From: Octopus vulgaris
Lineage: Eukaryota
NCBI GenBank assembly: GCA_951406725.2
Contig: OX597830.1
Span: 56,110,001 to 56,174,000 of the forward strand
Length of the DNA stretch: 64,000 nt
Reading direction: 5' to 3'
Part shown: positions 63,317 to 64,000 of the stretch, in pieces
Numbering within the stretch: the first letter of the stretch is position 1
How the letters are laid out: each line of letters starts with the position of its first letter
The notes under the pieces: model-generated
Databases searched by the model: none
What the model was told of the DNA's origin: nothing
The model's input: the letters and a program-made list of their open reading frames with translations, nothing else
Position numbers and translations under genes: made by a program

Positions 63317-64000
63317 ATATTAATCTGTTGATATTCAGATTGGGTAATCTGCCAAGCCAATCTTCACAATCTCCAAGTGAGACTTGCAATGGTTATAAGC
63401 ATGTCTCTCCCCACTGACTGATTTGTAAACAAACAAAATTTATGTCTAGAAGACAAAAAAATGATGAACTCTCATTACATGGACAAATAAGGGTTCAGCA
63501 AAACACTGTTGCATGGTGTAGGAGTGTGGAAAATGACCATCACCCTATGGCTGCCTGTGTGCAGAGCCAAAACTGAAAACTTTCCCATTGCCTCTTTTCC
63601 TATTGCCATTGGACTTATGGAGTAAGTGTAATGGTGTTGGTGCTGGTGTCTTGCTTTGCTGAATAACTAGCATGATGAATATCACTATAGTGGGCATGGT
63701 GTGTGCAGAGCCAGTCCCACTATCTCACCCTTTGAGCTTGTATTAGTCTGGTGCAACAAGTGTCACAAGTCCAGTAGTTACGCAAGATTTGTATGGAACT
63801 ACTTTCCTTTAGATGAGCAGCTAAAGGACTGAAGGACCTTATCTGCTCTGGTGCCTGTGAATGAGGTAGGCTTTGTGCCTATAATAGAATGGATTATCAT
63901 CATCATCATCATTAATATTATTTTGATTTACTACATATTTGGCATCTGATCAATGTTGGATAACTCTACTAATTACCAGTAACATCTTGGAAAAGGTTCC

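Overview
AT-rich, microsatellite- and TE-dense eukaryotic genomic DNA; the SINE/LINE repertoire and (TA)n/(CAT)n content suggest a coleoid cephalopod, probably Octopus (inference). I reconstructed three spliced protein-coding genes by hand. (1) LARP7 on the - strand: 11 coding exons from 17795 to 1814, 597 codons in the window, La motif + RRM1 + long K/R/S linker + xRRM; the last exon was not found and probably lies left of the window. (2) A head-to-head, complete 9-exon ankyrin-repeat DHHC palmitoyltransferase on the + strand (22971-47600, 570 aa), whose sixth intron is U12-type (minor spliceosome). (3) The first coding exon of DENND11/LCHN (57424-57643). Introns are packed with tRNA-derived SINEs, RTE/L1/R4-type LINE relics, Helitrons, MITEs and foldback elements. 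Highlights: a minimal type-I hammerhead ribozyme candidate inside a Penelope-like foldback, plus a sister foldback whose arms stop exactly at the predicted cleavage site; an inverted Helitron pair bracketing two in-frame La-motif exons of LARP7 (candidate 180-nt circRNA or exon skipping); a copy of the DHHC gene's exon 2 with its splice acceptor lodged in a LARP7 intron directly after a Helitron 3' end; and an RTE LINE with a PHD finger inserted in its reverse transcriptase. Most ORFs in the supplied track are artefacts of repeats.
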